Positions 49,670 through 59,644 of a DNA stretch of 64,000 bases are shown piece after piece. Below the pieces are notes generated by a model, which had not been told where the DNA came from, did not search any database, and was given only the letters and a program-made list of their open reading frames with translations. The stretch lies in contig OZ245843.1 in NCBI GenBank assembly GCA_965228875.1, forward strand, positions 974,616 through 1,038,615, written 5' to 3'. The DNA is from Thalassobaculaceae bacterium (GTDB taxonomy: Bacteria > Pseudomonadota > Alphaproteobacteria > Thalassobaculales > Thalassobaculaceae). The translations under genes were made by a program, and so were the position numbers. The stretch's first letter is position 1; every line of letters starts with the position of its first letter.

Positions 49670-51055
49670 ATGTCTCAGACACCCGACGCCATCGAAGCCT
49701 TCGCCGACCATGTGGTCTCGACGCCGTTCGAGGCCGTTCCGGTCGAGGCCGTGACCGCCGCAAAGACTTTTCTGCTCGACAGCCTCGGCGTCGGCCTCGC
49801 CGGGACCCGCGCGCCCTATGTCGACGCGTGGGTCGCCGGGTACCAAGGGGCGGTTCCGGGTCCGGGTGGACGCATCTGGGGCATCGGCGGAACGCTTCCG
49901 ACACCCGCGGCGGCGGCGATCAACGGATACCTGATCCACAATTCCGAGTTCGACTGCGTGCATGAGGCGGCGGTGCTGCACCCGATGGCGACCCTGCTCT
50001 CCGCCCTGATGGCCGAGGTCGAGGGGCGGGCGGCCCAGGGGCACGTCACCGACGGGCGCGACCTGCTGCGCGCGATCGTCCTCGGTGTGGACGTCTCGAC
50101 CTCGATCGGCAACGCGGTAACCAGCGCCCTCCGGTTCTTCCGCCCCGCCACCGCCGGAGGGTTCGGGGCGACGGCGGCCGTCGGCGCGATCGCCGGCCTC
50201 GACCGCGACACACTGATGGACGCCTTCGGCCTGTACTACGGTCAGGCCGGCGGCACCATGCAGGCCCACACCGAGGGGTTGGCCATGCTCGCCATGCAGG
50301 CCGGCTTCTGTGCCCGCGACGCCGTCGTCGCCGTGCGCCTCGCCGAGCAGGGCATCCCCGGCACCCGCGGCACCCTCGAGGGACCGTTCGGGTTTCTGCG
50401 GCTGATGGAGGACGCTTACGACCGCGATGTGCTGCTGGGCGGGCTTGGCGATGTCTGGCGGATCACCGAAGTCGCGCACAAACCCTTTCCAAGCGGCCGG
50501 GCGACCCATGGCATCGTCGATGCGGTGTCCTCGCTTCGTGCCGAGCACGGGTTTTCCGCCGCAGACGTGGCGGCGGTGAAGGCGGCGGTACCGCCGCTGA
50601 CGCACCGTCTGATCGGGCGGCCCGTAACCGGCGACATGAAGGCCAACTACGCGCGCCTGTCCGGCCCCTACACGGCGGCGCGGATGCTCCTGACCGGAAC
50701 GCTCGACCTCGACGATTTCACCGAGGCGGCGCTGCGCGACCCGGCGACGCTGGACCTCGGCGCGCGGATCACCGTCGCAATCGACCGCAATCCGGATCCC
50801 AACGCGTTCTCGCCGGTGACGGTGGCCGTCACTTTGAAGGACGGCCGACGGCTCGAGCAGCCCGTCGATGTCGTCTACGGCAACCCGGCCCGACCTATGA
50901 GCCGATCGGCGCATCTCGACAAGTTTCGCCGGAATGTGGCCCATGCCCGCGGTGATCTGCCGGCGGAGAACGCCGAGAGGCTGATCGGTCTGGTCGACAA
51001 CCTGGAGAGCGTCGACGACGTTCGCGTCCTCGTCGATCTCATGGTTCCGGCGTGA
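49670..51055 (+). CDS. MmgE/PrpD family protein
   Basis: LDSLGV..AG, EFDCVH..LHP, LEG.FG, KPFPS.RATH, KFRRN. Confidence 0.88.
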   Translation: MSQTPDAIEAFADHVVSTPFEAVPVEAVTAAKTFLLDSLGVGLAGTRAPYVDAWVAGYQGAVPGPGGRIWGIGGTLPTPAAAAINGYLIHNSEFDCVHEAAVLHPMATLLSALMAEVEGRAAQGHVTDGRDLLRAIVLGVDVSTSIGNAVTSALRFFRPATAGGFGATAAVGAIAGLDRDTLMDAFGLYYGQAGGTMQAHTEGLAMLAMQAGFCARDAVVAVRLAEQGIPGTRGTLEGPFGFLRLMEDAYDRDVLLGGLGDVWRITEVAHKPFPSGRATHGIVDAVSSLRAEHGFSAADVAAVKAAVPPLTHRLIGRPVTGDMKANYARLSGPYTAARMLLTGTLDLDDFTEAALRDPATLDLGARITVAIDRNPDPNAFSPVTVAVTLKDGRRLEQPVDVVYGNPARPMSRSAHLDKFRRNVAHARGDLPAENAERLIGLVDNLESVDDVRVLVDLMVPA

Positions 51056-51124
51056 CAGCGCCCGTCCCGGACGCTAGGGATGGGCGATGATGCAGGGGGA
51101 TCACCGAAACAGCGTTCGGCGTCG

Positions 51125-52426
51125 ATGACGGGCCTGGCGGATCTGTCGCTCGCCGAGATGGTGGGCGGGCTCGAGGACGGCGCGATCTCGTCCGTCGACC
51201 TGGTGGCGGCTCATATCGCGGCGATAGAGGCGCGAAACACCGTTCTGAATGCCGTCTGGGACCTGGACGCGGAGGGGGCTCTGAAGGCCGCGCTCGACAG
51301 CGACGCCCGGCGCGGCCGGGGCGAGGCGCTGTCGGACCTGGACGGAGTTCCGGTCGGACTCAAGGACAATATCGATGTCGCCGACAGACCCAGCAGCAGC
51401 GGTCTCGCGACCGACTGGACACCGAAGACCGATGCGGCGGTGACGGCGCGGCTGCGCGAGGCCGGCGCGATCCCGTTGGCGAAACTCGCCATGCACGAGG
51501 CGGCGTTTGGCGCCACGAGCGACAATCCCCACCGGGGCCGTGTCGACAACCCCGTTCTGCCGGGCCACACGCCTGGCGGCTCCTCCGGCGGATCGGCGGC
51601 GGCGGTGGCGGCCGGTCTGTTGCCGCTGGCCATCGGCACCGACACTCTGGGGTCGGTTCGGATCCCTGCGGCCTACTGCGGGGTCGTCGGGTACAAGCCG
51701 AGTTTCGATCTGATCCCGACGGACGGGGTGACGCCGCTGTCCTGGACGCTGGATCACGTCGGCCTGCTTACCCGCTCGATCGCCGATCTGGCGCTCGCCC
51801 TGCCGGTGCTGGCCATGGCGGAAGCCGAGCCGATGGATTTGCGCGGACTGACGCTCGGCTGGCCGGCCGAGGTTGATGCCTGCGAGGTCGAGCCGGCGGT
51901 GCCGGGGGCAATCGACGCCGCCCTCGACCGTTTGCGCGCGGCGGGTGCCACCGTCCGCCAGGTCCGGCTCGGACTGGGCGACCTTTCGGCGCTGCGCCGC
52001 GCCGCGCTGCTCGTCGTGGAGGCGGAGGGGGCGGTGGCCCTGGAAGAGATCTGGCAGGCCGAGCCGCAGGCGCTTTCCGAGTCCCTCACGGCGATGCTGG
52101 CCTACGGGCGCGATGCGCCGGCCGCCCGGTTCGTGAAGGCCTTTCGCCGGATCGAGGATTCGGGCGAGGCGATCAACGCCGCGCTTGAGCAGGTCGACGC
52201 CCTGATCCTGCCGACGGCGCCGCAGACCGCATTCGCCGCCGACGCCGAGGTGCCGGTGCATCAGGCGGACCTGACCTCGATCGCCAATTACGCCGGCGCA
52301 CCTGCGGTCAGTCTGCCGCTCCCCGGCGTCGCCGCGCCGGTGGGCCTGCAACTGGTTGGTGGTTTCTACGAGGATGCCCGGCTGGTCGGCATGGCGCTGG
52401 CGGTCGAGGATCTATTGCGCGGGTAG
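51125..52426 (+). CDS. Amidase (GatA-like amidase-signature family)
   Basis: GVPVGLKDNID, GGSSGGSAAAVA, GTDTLGSVRIPA; alternative start at 51080. Confidence 0.9.
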   Translation: MTGLADLSLAEMVGGLEDGAISSVDLVAAHIAAIEARNTVLNAVWDLDAEGALKAALDSDARRGRGEALSDLDGVPVGLKDNIDVADRPSSSGLATDWTPKTDAAVTARLREAGAIPLAKLAMHEAAFGATSDNPHRGRVDNPVLPGHTPGGSSGGSAAAVAAGLLPLAIGTDTLGSVRIPAAYCGVVGYKPSFDLIPTDGVTPLSWTLDHVGLLTRSIADLALALPVLAMAEAEPMDLRGLTLGWPAEVDACEVEPAVPGAIDAALDRLRAAGATVRQVRLGLGDLSALRRAALLVVEAEGAVALEEIWQAEPQALSESLTAMLAYGRDAPAARFVKAFRRIEDSGEAINAALEQVDALILPTAPQTAFAADAEVPVHQADLTSIANYAGAPAVSLPLPGVAAPVGLQLVGGFYEDARLVGMALAVEDLLRG

Positions 52427-52464
52427 GGCGCCGGGGATAGGGCGCCAAGGGTAACGTGCTGGGG

Positions 52465-53277
52465 CTACCCGCCGATCCGCACTGCGCTCGCCAGCTGCTT
52501 GACCGTCTTTGTCACCGCCATGGCGACGATCTTGCCGGTCTTGCGGTTCTCCTCGGCGACGGCGACGTCCTCCGTGAAGCTGAACGACCCGAACGCACCG
52601 CGCGCCTCGACGGTGATGACATGGGTGTCGATGGTCGGGTCGGCGACGATCACGAGCCGGGTGCGGTCGAGCCCGATGCCGGCCAGCGCGACGGCGGCGG
52701 AGATGTTCACGTTCTGCGGATAGGTCGCCGCTCCCTCGCGCGCCGTCCCGTCGAAGATCACAGTCGGTTCCGTCATGGCTGCGAGGTCGTAAAGCCCCTC
52801 CGCCGCGGTGCCGTACCAGGCACTGGGGTCCTTGCGCACCGTCATCTCCACCGCATCCAGGCCGCCGACCGCCGCACCGGAAAGGATGTCGAGAGCGCCG
52901 ATCCCAGCGGACGCGAGGGTGAGGGAGGTGCCGCCGGTTTCCGCCGCCTGGCGGCAGCGCTCGTACAGGGCGTCGTCGGTGAAGGCGCCGATCGAGGTGA
53001 CGATCACCCGCGTGCCGCGTTCCAGCAGCGGGACGACGTGATCCTGCACCGCCCGATGACCCGCGCCTTCGAGCACCACGTCGAAACCGATGTCGAGAAA
53101 CGCCGCCGGATCGGTCAGGTAGCGCGGACCGGAGTCGCTCGCGGGACGCGGGCTGCGGACCAGTACGGCGGGGATCTCGACCCGGCCGGAGAGCTCGCGC
53201 GCGACGAAGTCGACCACATGGGCGCCGATGGCGCCGGCGCCGATGAGGCCCAGGCGCAGGGGGGATTTGTTTGTCAT
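52465..53277 (-). CDS. nadX: L-aspartate dehydrogenase-like protein
   Basis: GAGAIG, SIGAF, IGALD, RKDP.AW, F.G.ARE....YPQNVN, EN.KTG. Confidence 0.82.
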   Translation of the reverse strand: MTNKSPLRLGLIGAGAIGAHVVDFVARELSGRVEIPAVLVRSPRPASDSGPRYLTDPAAFLDIGFDVVLEGAGHRAVQDHVVPLLERGTRVIVTSIGAFTDDALYERCRQAAETGGTSLTLASAGIGALDILSGAAVGGLDAVEMTVRKDPSAWYGTAAEGLYDLAAMTEPTVIFDGTAREGAATYPQNVNISAAVALAGIGLDRTRLVIVADPTIDTHVITVEARGAFGSFSFTEDVAVAEENRKTGKIVAMAVTKTVKQLASAVRIGG

Positions 53278-53332
53278 GCCTTGAGCTTACGCGAGGACAT
53301 CGACGCGCCCAAGATGCGAACCGCCGCCTGGG

Positions 53333-54175
53333 CTATTCCGCGGCGGGGGGCTCGTCGATCCAGCCGTCATCCTGCAGCGGCAGCCATTGCAGCTCAGATT
53401 CGAGCAGGAAGTCGATGGTGTGGACCACCGTGGTGTCGTCCTCGATCAGCACGACATTGTAGGACGGGGCGAGGGGACCGTGGGCGATGGCGCCGCGGTC
53501 TACGAGATCCGGCGCGTTCGGATGGTTGGTCGAGCGCGGGGCCGACATCGGGATGCCGCACACGCTACCGGAGAGGGTGAAATGGCAGTGGCCGAAGAAC
53601 ACGTGGCGGACGATGTCGCGGTAGTCCTGCAGCAACTGGCGCACCGACGGCCCCTCGATCAGGCCGATCAAATCGGCCGAGCGGGCGCCGACCGGACAGG
53701 GGTGATGGTGCATGAACACGTAGACCGCGGTGTCGTCGGACCTTGCCCGTGCCAGTTCGCCGGACAGCCAGGCCTGGCGGTCCGGGCCGTAGCGTCCGGC
53801 GTGGGTGCCCGGCGCCGTGGTATCGAGATAGAGGAACCGACCGGCGACCGTGTCCTCGGCGTACTGGACGTAGCCGTTGGCGTCGACCGGTACCTCGGGA
53901 AACACCTCGCGGAAGGTCGGGCGGTCGTCGTGATTGCCGATCATCAGCCTCGGCGCCAGCGGAGAGCCGTCCAGCAGCTCGCGCAGGCGCTCGTAGGAGG
54001 CGCGTTGCCCGTGATGGGTCAGATCGCCGGTGATGACCACCCGGTCGGCGTCGCGGTGCTCCTGCTCGATATGGGCGAGGCAGGCCTTGAAGTTGGCGAC
54101 CGGCTCCTGGCCCAGGATTTCCTGATCGTGGATGTGGATATCCGAGATGTGGATGAGCTTCACGTCGTCCCCCAA
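53333..54175 (-). CDS. Metallophosphoesterase (CpdA/GpdQ-like phosphodiesterase)
   Basis: SDIH, TGDL, GNHD, HHHP, GHCH; start at 54175 (TTG) or 54163 (GTG). Confidence 0.9.
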   Translation of the reverse strand: MGDDVKLIHISDIHIHDQEILGQEPVANFKACLAHIEQEHRDADRVVITGDLTHHGQRASYERLRELLDGSPLAPRLMIGNHDDRPTFREVFPEVPVDANGYVQYAEDTVAGRFLYLDTTAPGTHAGRYGPDRQAWLSGELARARSDDTAVYVFMHHHPCPVGARSADLIGLIEGPSVRQLLQDYRDIVRHVFFGHCHFTLSGSVCGIPMSAPRSTNHPNAPDLVDRGAIAHGPLAPSYNVVLIEDDTTVVHTIDFLLESELQWLPLQDDGWIDEPPAAE

Positions 54176-54214
54176 GTGTGAGTCGCGGGACTGTACAGTC
54201 TGCGTGTGACAGAT

Positions 54215-54322
54215 CTTAGAGCGCGATCGGTTCAGATCGAACCGATCTGAACCGTGAATCGCCCTCTAAGTCATTAGAGACGGACCACATTCACACGATC
54301 GAACGTCTCCGTTCGATCGTGT
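54215..54322. repeat. CIR/RIME-like double-hairpin intergenic repeat (fuller copy)
   Basis: Hairpin 1 CTTAGAG..CGGTTCAGATCG/CGATCTGAACCG..CTCTAAG; hairpin 2 ACACGATCGAACG-TCTC-CGTTCGATCGTGT; contains a GANTC site. Confidence 0.8.
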
Positions 54323-54346
54323 TTCACTTCAGACTACACAGGCGTG

Positions 54347-56059
54347 TTACCGCTGTCCGCGCACCACCCGGCCCGGTAGGGCGCCGGTCGCGGTCCCGTC
54401 GCGGTAGGTCACCTGGCCCGAGTTGATCGTGGCGGCGTAGCCGGTCGACTTCTGCAGCAGACGCTTGCCGCCGGCCGGCAGATCGAAGGTCACGTAGGGA
54501 TCCGAGAAGCCAACCGCGTCCCAGTCGATGACGTTCACATCGGCCTTCTTGCCCGGCGCCAGGACGCCACGGTCCGACAGACCGGCCGCACCGGCCGTGT
54601 CCGAGGTCAGCCGACGGATGACGTCTTCCATGGGGAAGCGCGAGCGGTCGCGGCCCCAGTAGCTCATCAGCCAGGTCGGGAACCCGGCATCGAGGATGAA
54701 GCCGACATGGGCGCCGCCGTCGCCGAGGCCCATGATCACGTTCGGATCGGCCAGCATCGCTTCCGGCGTCGACATGTCGTAGTTCACGAAATTGACCAGT
54801 GGCGTGTAGATGAACGCCTTGCCGTCGCGCTCCAGCAGGATGTCGTAGGCGACCTCCTGGGCGGTGCGGCCCTCGCGCTCGGCGATGGCGGCGATCGACT
54901 GGTCGCGCGCCGGCTCGTAGTTGGCCGGCGAGCCGAGACGGAACATCTTGGAGAACGAGATCCGGTGGATCAGGGGGAAGGTGCTCTCCTTGATCGGATC
55001 GTCGGCCAGGATCTTCGCCCGTACCTCCGGATCGCGCATCGCCTCGACCCGCTTGTCCAGCGGCAGATGAGCGATGGAACGGTAGGTCCTGGTGCCTGAG
55101 AACGGGTTCTGGCTGCCCTCCAGGCCGAGCAGGATGCCGATGGGGCGCGGCGCCGCAACCGGGCGGATTGACAGGCCGTCGGCCCTGGCCTCGTTCGACA
55201 TGCGCATCAGGTCGCGCCAGAAGTCCGGACGGTCATGGCGCTGGGTGAGGGAGAACACCGCGGTGCGGCCGCTCTTCTCGACCACGCGGCGCAACACGGC
55301 GAACTCGCCCTCGGGGCTCGGTTCGTTCCAGTCGGAGACGATCTCAAGGAAGCCGGAGCCGGCCTCCTTCATACCCATGGCGATGCCGGTCAGTTCGTCC
55401 TCATGGGCGCGCAGGGTCGGCGTGAGGTCGCCGGCCAGCGTCTTGTGGCTGATGGTCCGCGAGGTGGAGAAGCCGAAGGCGCCCGCCTCCATCGCCTCGC
55501 GGGTCAGGTCCCGCATCCGGGCGATATCGGCCTGGTTGGCCTGCTCGTGCTGAATCGCCCGCTCGCCCATCACATAGACGCGCAGGGCGGCGTGCGGCAG
55601 CAGGGTGCACAGGTCGATGTCGCGGGGCAGACGGTCAAGCGTGTCGAGATACTCGCCGAAGGTCTCCCACTGCCAGTTCAGGCCCTCGTGCATCACCGGG
55701 CCGGGAATATCCTCCACGCCTTCCATCAGCTCGACCAGCTTCTCGCGGTCGGCCGGCTTGCAGGGGGCGAAGCCGACGCCGCAGTTGCCCATGACCGCGG
55801 TGGTCACGCCGTGCCAGGCCGAGGGGGCCATGTGCCGGTCCCAGACCGCCTGGCCGTCGTAGTGGGTATGGATGTCGACGAACCCGGGGGTGACGATGCG
55901 ACCCTTGGCGTCGATCTCCTCGGGCGCGGTGGCGCCGCCGACATCGCCGACCGCCAGGATCCGGTCGCCGGCGAGTGCCACGTCGCCGTCGTAGGCCGGC
56001 GCGCCGGTGCCGTCGACGATCGTGCCGCCGCGGATGATGAGGGTCGGGGTGGGGGTCAT
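54347..56059 (-). CDS. N-acyl-D-amino-acid deacylase family amidohydrolase
   Basis: PGFVDIHTHYD, GVTT.VMGNCG, DGGAH, GKKAD.NVID; GGAGGA RBS. Confidence 0.9.
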   Translation of the reverse strand: MTPTPTLIIRGGTIVDGTGAPAYDGDVALAGDRILAVGDVGGATAPEEIDAKGRIVTPGFVDIHTHYDGQAVWDRHMAPSAWHGVTTAVMGNCGVGFAPCKPADREKLVELMEGVEDIPGPVMHEGLNWQWETFGEYLDTLDRLPRDIDLCTLLPHAALRVYVMGERAIQHEQANQADIARMRDLTREAMEAGAFGFSTSRTISHKTLAGDLTPTLRAHEDELTGIAMGMKEAGSGFLEIVSDWNEPSPEGEFAVLRRVVEKSGRTAVFSLTQRHDRPDFWRDLMRMSNEARADGLSIRPVAAPRPIGILLGLEGSQNPFSGTRTYRSIAHLPLDKRVEAMRDPEVRAKILADDPIKESTFPLIHRISFSKMFRLGSPANYEPARDQSIAAIAEREGRTAQEVAYDILLERDGKAFIYTPLVNFVNYDMSTPEAMLADPNVIMGLGDGGAHVGFILDAGFPTWLMSYWGRDRSRFPMEDVIRRLTSDTAGAAGLSDRGVLAPGKKADVNVIDWDAVGFSDPYVTFDLPAGGKRLLQKSTGYAATINSGQVTYRDGTATGALPGRVVRGQR

Positions 56060-56259
56060 GGCGTTCCTCCGAAAGGATTTCCTCGGCGGCCGTTGGCTGG
56101 CGCCGCTTTTCGTTGTCTTGGCAATCATAATCTAGCCAATCGCCGGGAAGCTAGACACGACCGCACCCGCGCAAGGGCTTTCTGCGGGCCAAAAAGACGC
56201 CTACGATCAACGTCCCGCCAACGGCGTGCCGCCGTGCGCGCGACCCCGGAATCCGATCG

Positions 56260-57294
56260 ATGTCCAAACACGACGGCCGACCAGCGGCCGCGCCCTCTTC
56301 GGAGGAGAGTCCGACGACCGACGCCCAGTCGGATCGACCGACGCTGGCGATCGCCATGCTGCTGTTCGCGATGCTGGTGTTCACGGCCATGGACGGGATC
56401 GCCAAGGGGCTGGCCGGTCAGGGCATGCCGCCGGAGCGGATCATTCTGCTGCGCTTCGTTCTGGTCTCCGCGATCCTGGCGCCGGTCGTGGTCGTCCGGT
56501 GGCGCCACAGGCCGATGCGGACGTCGCGGCCGCTCCTCCATATCCTGCGCGGCGTGCTGCTGATCTCGTCGGCGACCCTGTTCGTCTACGCCATGCGGGC
56601 CCTGCCGCTGGAGACCGCAACCGCGATCGGCTTCGCCTCGCCGCTCTACGTCACGGCGCTGTCGATCCCGTTTCTCGGCGAGAAGGTCGGCGCCCGGCGC
56701 TGGGCCGCCGTCGGCATCGGCTTCGTCGGCATCCTGGTGATCCTGCGGCCGGGCACGGGGGCGTTCGTGCCGGAGATGCTGATCCCGCTGGTTTCGTCAC
56801 TGTGCTGGGCCTGCGGCCTGATCATCACCCGGGCGATGCGCGGACGCGAAGGCCCGCTGACGATCCTGGTCTGGTCGACCGGCAGCGGCATGCTGGTGAT
56901 CGCGCCCCTGGGACTGTCGGGATGGGAGATGCCGACGGCCACCCAATGGGGAATGCTGGCGGTCATCGCGCTGTGCCACGCCGCCGGGCAGTACCTGACG
57001 ATCCGCGCCTTCATGATGGCTTCGGCGTCGCTTCTGGCGCCGTTCTCCTACAGCACCATCGTCTGGGCGACGCTGATCGGGTTGTTCGCCTTCGGCTCGT
57101 ATCCGGATCCGGCGACCATCGCCGGCACCGCGCTTCTGGTCGGCGCCGGGCTCTATGTCTGGCACCGCGAGCGTCGGGTCACCGGACAGCCGACGGTGCC
57201 CGGCGGCTCGATTTCCGAGGCGGCACAGGAGATCGAGGCCGTGGGCGAGGACGAAGGCCCGCCTTCAGAACGTCCGGGCACCGGTGACCGGTAG
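56260..57294 (+). CDS. DMT/EamA family transporter
   Basis: About 10 TM helices, LGEKVG.RRW, ILRPG, LAPFSY. Confidence 0.88.
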   Translation: MSKHDGRPAAAPSSEESPTTDAQSDRPTLAIAMLLFAMLVFTAMDGIAKGLAGQGMPPERIILLRFVLVSAILAPVVVVRWRHRPMRTSRPLLHILRGVLLISSATLFVYAMRALPLETATAIGFASPLYVTALSIPFLGEKVGARRWAAVGIGFVGILVILRPGTGAFVPEMLIPLVSSLCWACGLIITRAMRGREGPLTILVWSTGSGMLVIAPLGLSGWEMPTATQWGMLAVIALCHAAGQYLTIRAFMMASASLLAPFSYSTIVWATLIGLFAFGSYPDPATIAGTALLVGAGLYVWHRERRVTGQPTVPGGSISEAAQEIEAVGEDEGPPSERPGTGDR

Positions 57295-58182
57295 CATCAC
57301 CGCGTAGATCGAACTGGTACCGGCGATGAACATGCGGTTGCGCTTCGGACCGCCGAATACCAGGTTGGCGACCCGCTCCGGGATCCTGATCCGCCCGATC
57401 AACTCGCCCTCGGGCGTGTAGCACTCGACCCCGTTGCCGGCGCTGGTCCAGATCCGCCCCTCGGTGTCCAGGCGAAACCCGTCGAAGATCCCGGTCTCGC
57501 ACGTCATGAGGACGTCGCCGCCCGACAGGGTGCCGTCATCGGTCACCTCGAACCTGCGGATGTGCCGGTTGCCGTCCTTGTACCTGGTGAAGCCGCTGTC
57601 GGCGATGTAGAGGGTCCGCTCGTCGACCGAAAAGGCGAGTCCGTTGGGCCGCTGGAAATCGTCGGCGACAACGGTCAGCGCGCCGGTGTCTGGGTCCAGC
57701 CGGAAGACGTAGTCGCCGTCCTGTTCCTGCGGCGCGGCGAAGCCCTCGTAGTCGCTGTCGATGCCGTAGGCCGGATCGGTGAACCAGATCGACCCGTCGG
57801 ACCGTACGACCACGTCATTGGGGCTGTTCAGCCGCTTGCCGTCGTAGCTGTCGGCGAGTACGCGGATCGAGCCGTCGTGTTCCGTTCGGGTGACGCGCCG
57901 CGTTCCATGCTCGCAACTGACGAGCCGACCCTGGCGATCGACGGTATGGCCGTTGGTGTAGTGGCCGAGGCCGCCGCGGAATACGCCGGTCTCGCCGGTG
58001 CACTCGTCCCAGCGCATGATCCGGTCGTTGGGAATGTCGCTCCACACGAGCGAGCGCTGGGCCGGAAAATAGGCCGGCCCCTCGGTCCAGCGGCCGCCGG
58101 TCCAGATCCGTTCGACGCTGGCCGAGGTCTTGACCAGCAGGCGGAAGCGGTCGTCGAGAATGTCGAACTCGTTTTCGGCCAA
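57265..58182 (-). CDS. SMP-30/gluconolactonase family protein
   Basis: EGPAY, SDIPN, LNSPNDV, FTDP.YG, PNGLAFS, DGFRLD; TTG start after AGGAGG. Confidence 0.92.
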   Translation of the reverse strand: MAENEFDILDDRFRLLVKTSASVERIWTGGRWTEGPAYFPAQRSLVWSDIPNDRIMRWDECTGETGVFRGGLGHYTNGHTVDRQGRLVSCEHGTRRVTRTEHDGSIRVLADSYDGKRLNSPNDVVVRSDGSIWFTDPAYGIDSDYEGFAAPQEQDGDYVFRLDPDTGALTVVADDFQRPNGLAFSVDERTLYIADSGFTRYKDGNRHIRRFEVTDDGTLSGGDVLMTCETGIFDGFRLDTEGRIWTSAGNGVECYTPEGELIGRIRIPERVANLVFGGPKRNRMFIAGTSSIYAVMLPVTGARTF

Positions 58183-58191
58183 GGCGGCCTC

Positions 58192-58701
58192 CTATCGGTT
58201 GATGCGCGCGAGGAAGGCGCGAATTCTGCCGGCGTTGGCGCCGAAATCGTGCTGGCCGACCCGTGACCGCGAGCGCACGTCCACCCGCGTCGCGGCGCCC
58301 TCGCCACGGATGCGGACCACGATGTCGTCCTTGAACCGCAGGACGCGGGTTGTCGCCACCGCTTCGATCCGCCCCTGCGCCGGGTCCTCGGCCCGGATCA
58401 CCCAGCCCATGTCGAGCGCTGCGGCACGCGCCCGGTCGAAGACGGCCTGCTCCGGCCAGTCCATGACCAGGGGGCCGAGATCCGGGTAACCGGCGCGCTG
58501 CCGGTCTGCGTACTCCGCCGGGTAGGGCGGTGCGTCGAGCACGGCGAAGGCCGGCGGGTCGCCGAGATCGGTGGTGATGTCGTTGATCGCCGGGAGAACG
58601 AAGAAAGCCTGGAATGTCGGTGCGGCGACGTACAGGACGGCAAGCAAGCCGCCGGCCAGGACGCAGAGCAGCGAGTAGGTGACCTTCGCGCGCCCGGCCA
58701 C
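58192..58701 (-). CDS. DUF1499 domain-containing protein
   Basis: P.INDITTD, Q..GYPD, IEA.AT....F.DD.V.R, VDVRS.SRVG..D.GAN..RI. Confidence 0.85.
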   Translation of the reverse strand: MAGRAKVTYSLLCVLAGGLLAVLYVAAPTFQAFFVLPAINDITTDLGDPPAFAVLDAPPYPAEYADRQRAGYPDLGPLVMDWPEQAVFDRARAAALDMGWVIRAEDPAQGRIEAVATTRVLRFKDDIVVRIRGEGAATRVDVRSRSRVGQHDFGANAGRIRAFLARINR

Positions 58702-58705
58702 CGCG

Positions 58706-59581
58706 TCATCCTTCCAGGAAGTCCCGGGTCCAGCCCGCGTAGTCGCCGTCGCGGGTGACCCGCTTCATCAGTTCGCCGGAGGCCACACCCTCGAGCTTCG
58801 CCGGCGAGACCCCGTCGCGCAGGGCCTTGAGGGTCGCGTAGGTCGCCTGCACCGCGGCGGCGAAGGGCTGGTGGCCGGTCAGGCAGATCCGTACCCCGAG
58901 CGAGGCCAGCCAGTCCGCGTCGCGCAGTTCCTCCGGCAGACCGCCGAGCATGATCGGCAGTGAGGTTTCCGCGGCGACCGCTTCCAGGTCCGATCTGGTC
59001 GTTCCGCCGACCAGGAAGATCGCGTCGACCCCGGCGGCGTCATAGGCGCGCACACGGGCGATGCAGTCGTCCAGGCCCGTGACTGCGAGCGCACTGGTGC
59101 GCCCGAAAATCGAGAGGGAGCTGTCGACCCGGCCGGAAATCGCCGCCTTCATCTTGCCGACACCTTCCTCGACCGAGAGCAGCGTCGTCTTGCCGCCGGA
59201 GCCGTAGACGTAGGGAAGGACGGTGTCCTCGATGCTCATGCCGGAGATGCCGGCGATCTCGAGCTCCTCGACCGTGCGCCGCACGTTGAGCGCGTTGCCG
59301 TAGCCATGGTCGGCGTCGACCATCAGCGGCAGGGCGGAGGCGCGGCAGATCCGGCCGGCCTGGTCCGCGAACTCGCTGAGCGTGAGCACGATAAGGTCCG
59401 GCGCGCCGAGCACGGTCATCGAGGCGACGGAGCCGGCGAACATGCCGATCTCGAACCCGACTTCCTCGGCGATCCGGGCCGAAATGGGATCGTAGACCGA
59501 TCCCGGATAGACACAGGCCTTGCCGTCCAGCACCGCGCGAAAACGCTCGCGCCGCTCGCTCCACTTCATGTCGTTCTCCAC
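58706..59581 (-). CDS. Isocitrate lyase/PEP mutase family protein (oxaloacetate decarboxylase-like)
   Basis: SV.DP.SARIA, GSVAS..VLGAPD, VDADHGYGNALN, IEDT; alternative start 59569. Confidence 0.85.
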   Translation of the reverse strand: MENDMKWSERRERFRAVLDGKACVYPGSVYDPISARIAEEVGFEIGMFAGSVASMTVLGAPDLIVLTLSEFADQAGRICRASALPLMVDADHGYGNALNVRRTVEELEIAGISGMSIEDTVLPYVYGSGGKTTLLSVEEGVGKMKAAISGRVDSSLSIFGRTSALAVTGLDDCIARVRAYDAAGVDAIFLVGGTTRSDLEAVAAETSLPIMLGGLPEELRDADWLASLGVRICLTGHQPFAAAVQATYATLKALRDGVSPAKLEGVASGELMKRVTRDGDYAGWTRDFLEG

Positions 59582-59644
59582 CCTTGCCGTCTTGTTGGCC
59601 AGGAGACTAGCGGGGGCAGGGGCGACGGACCAGAGGTTGCAGCC

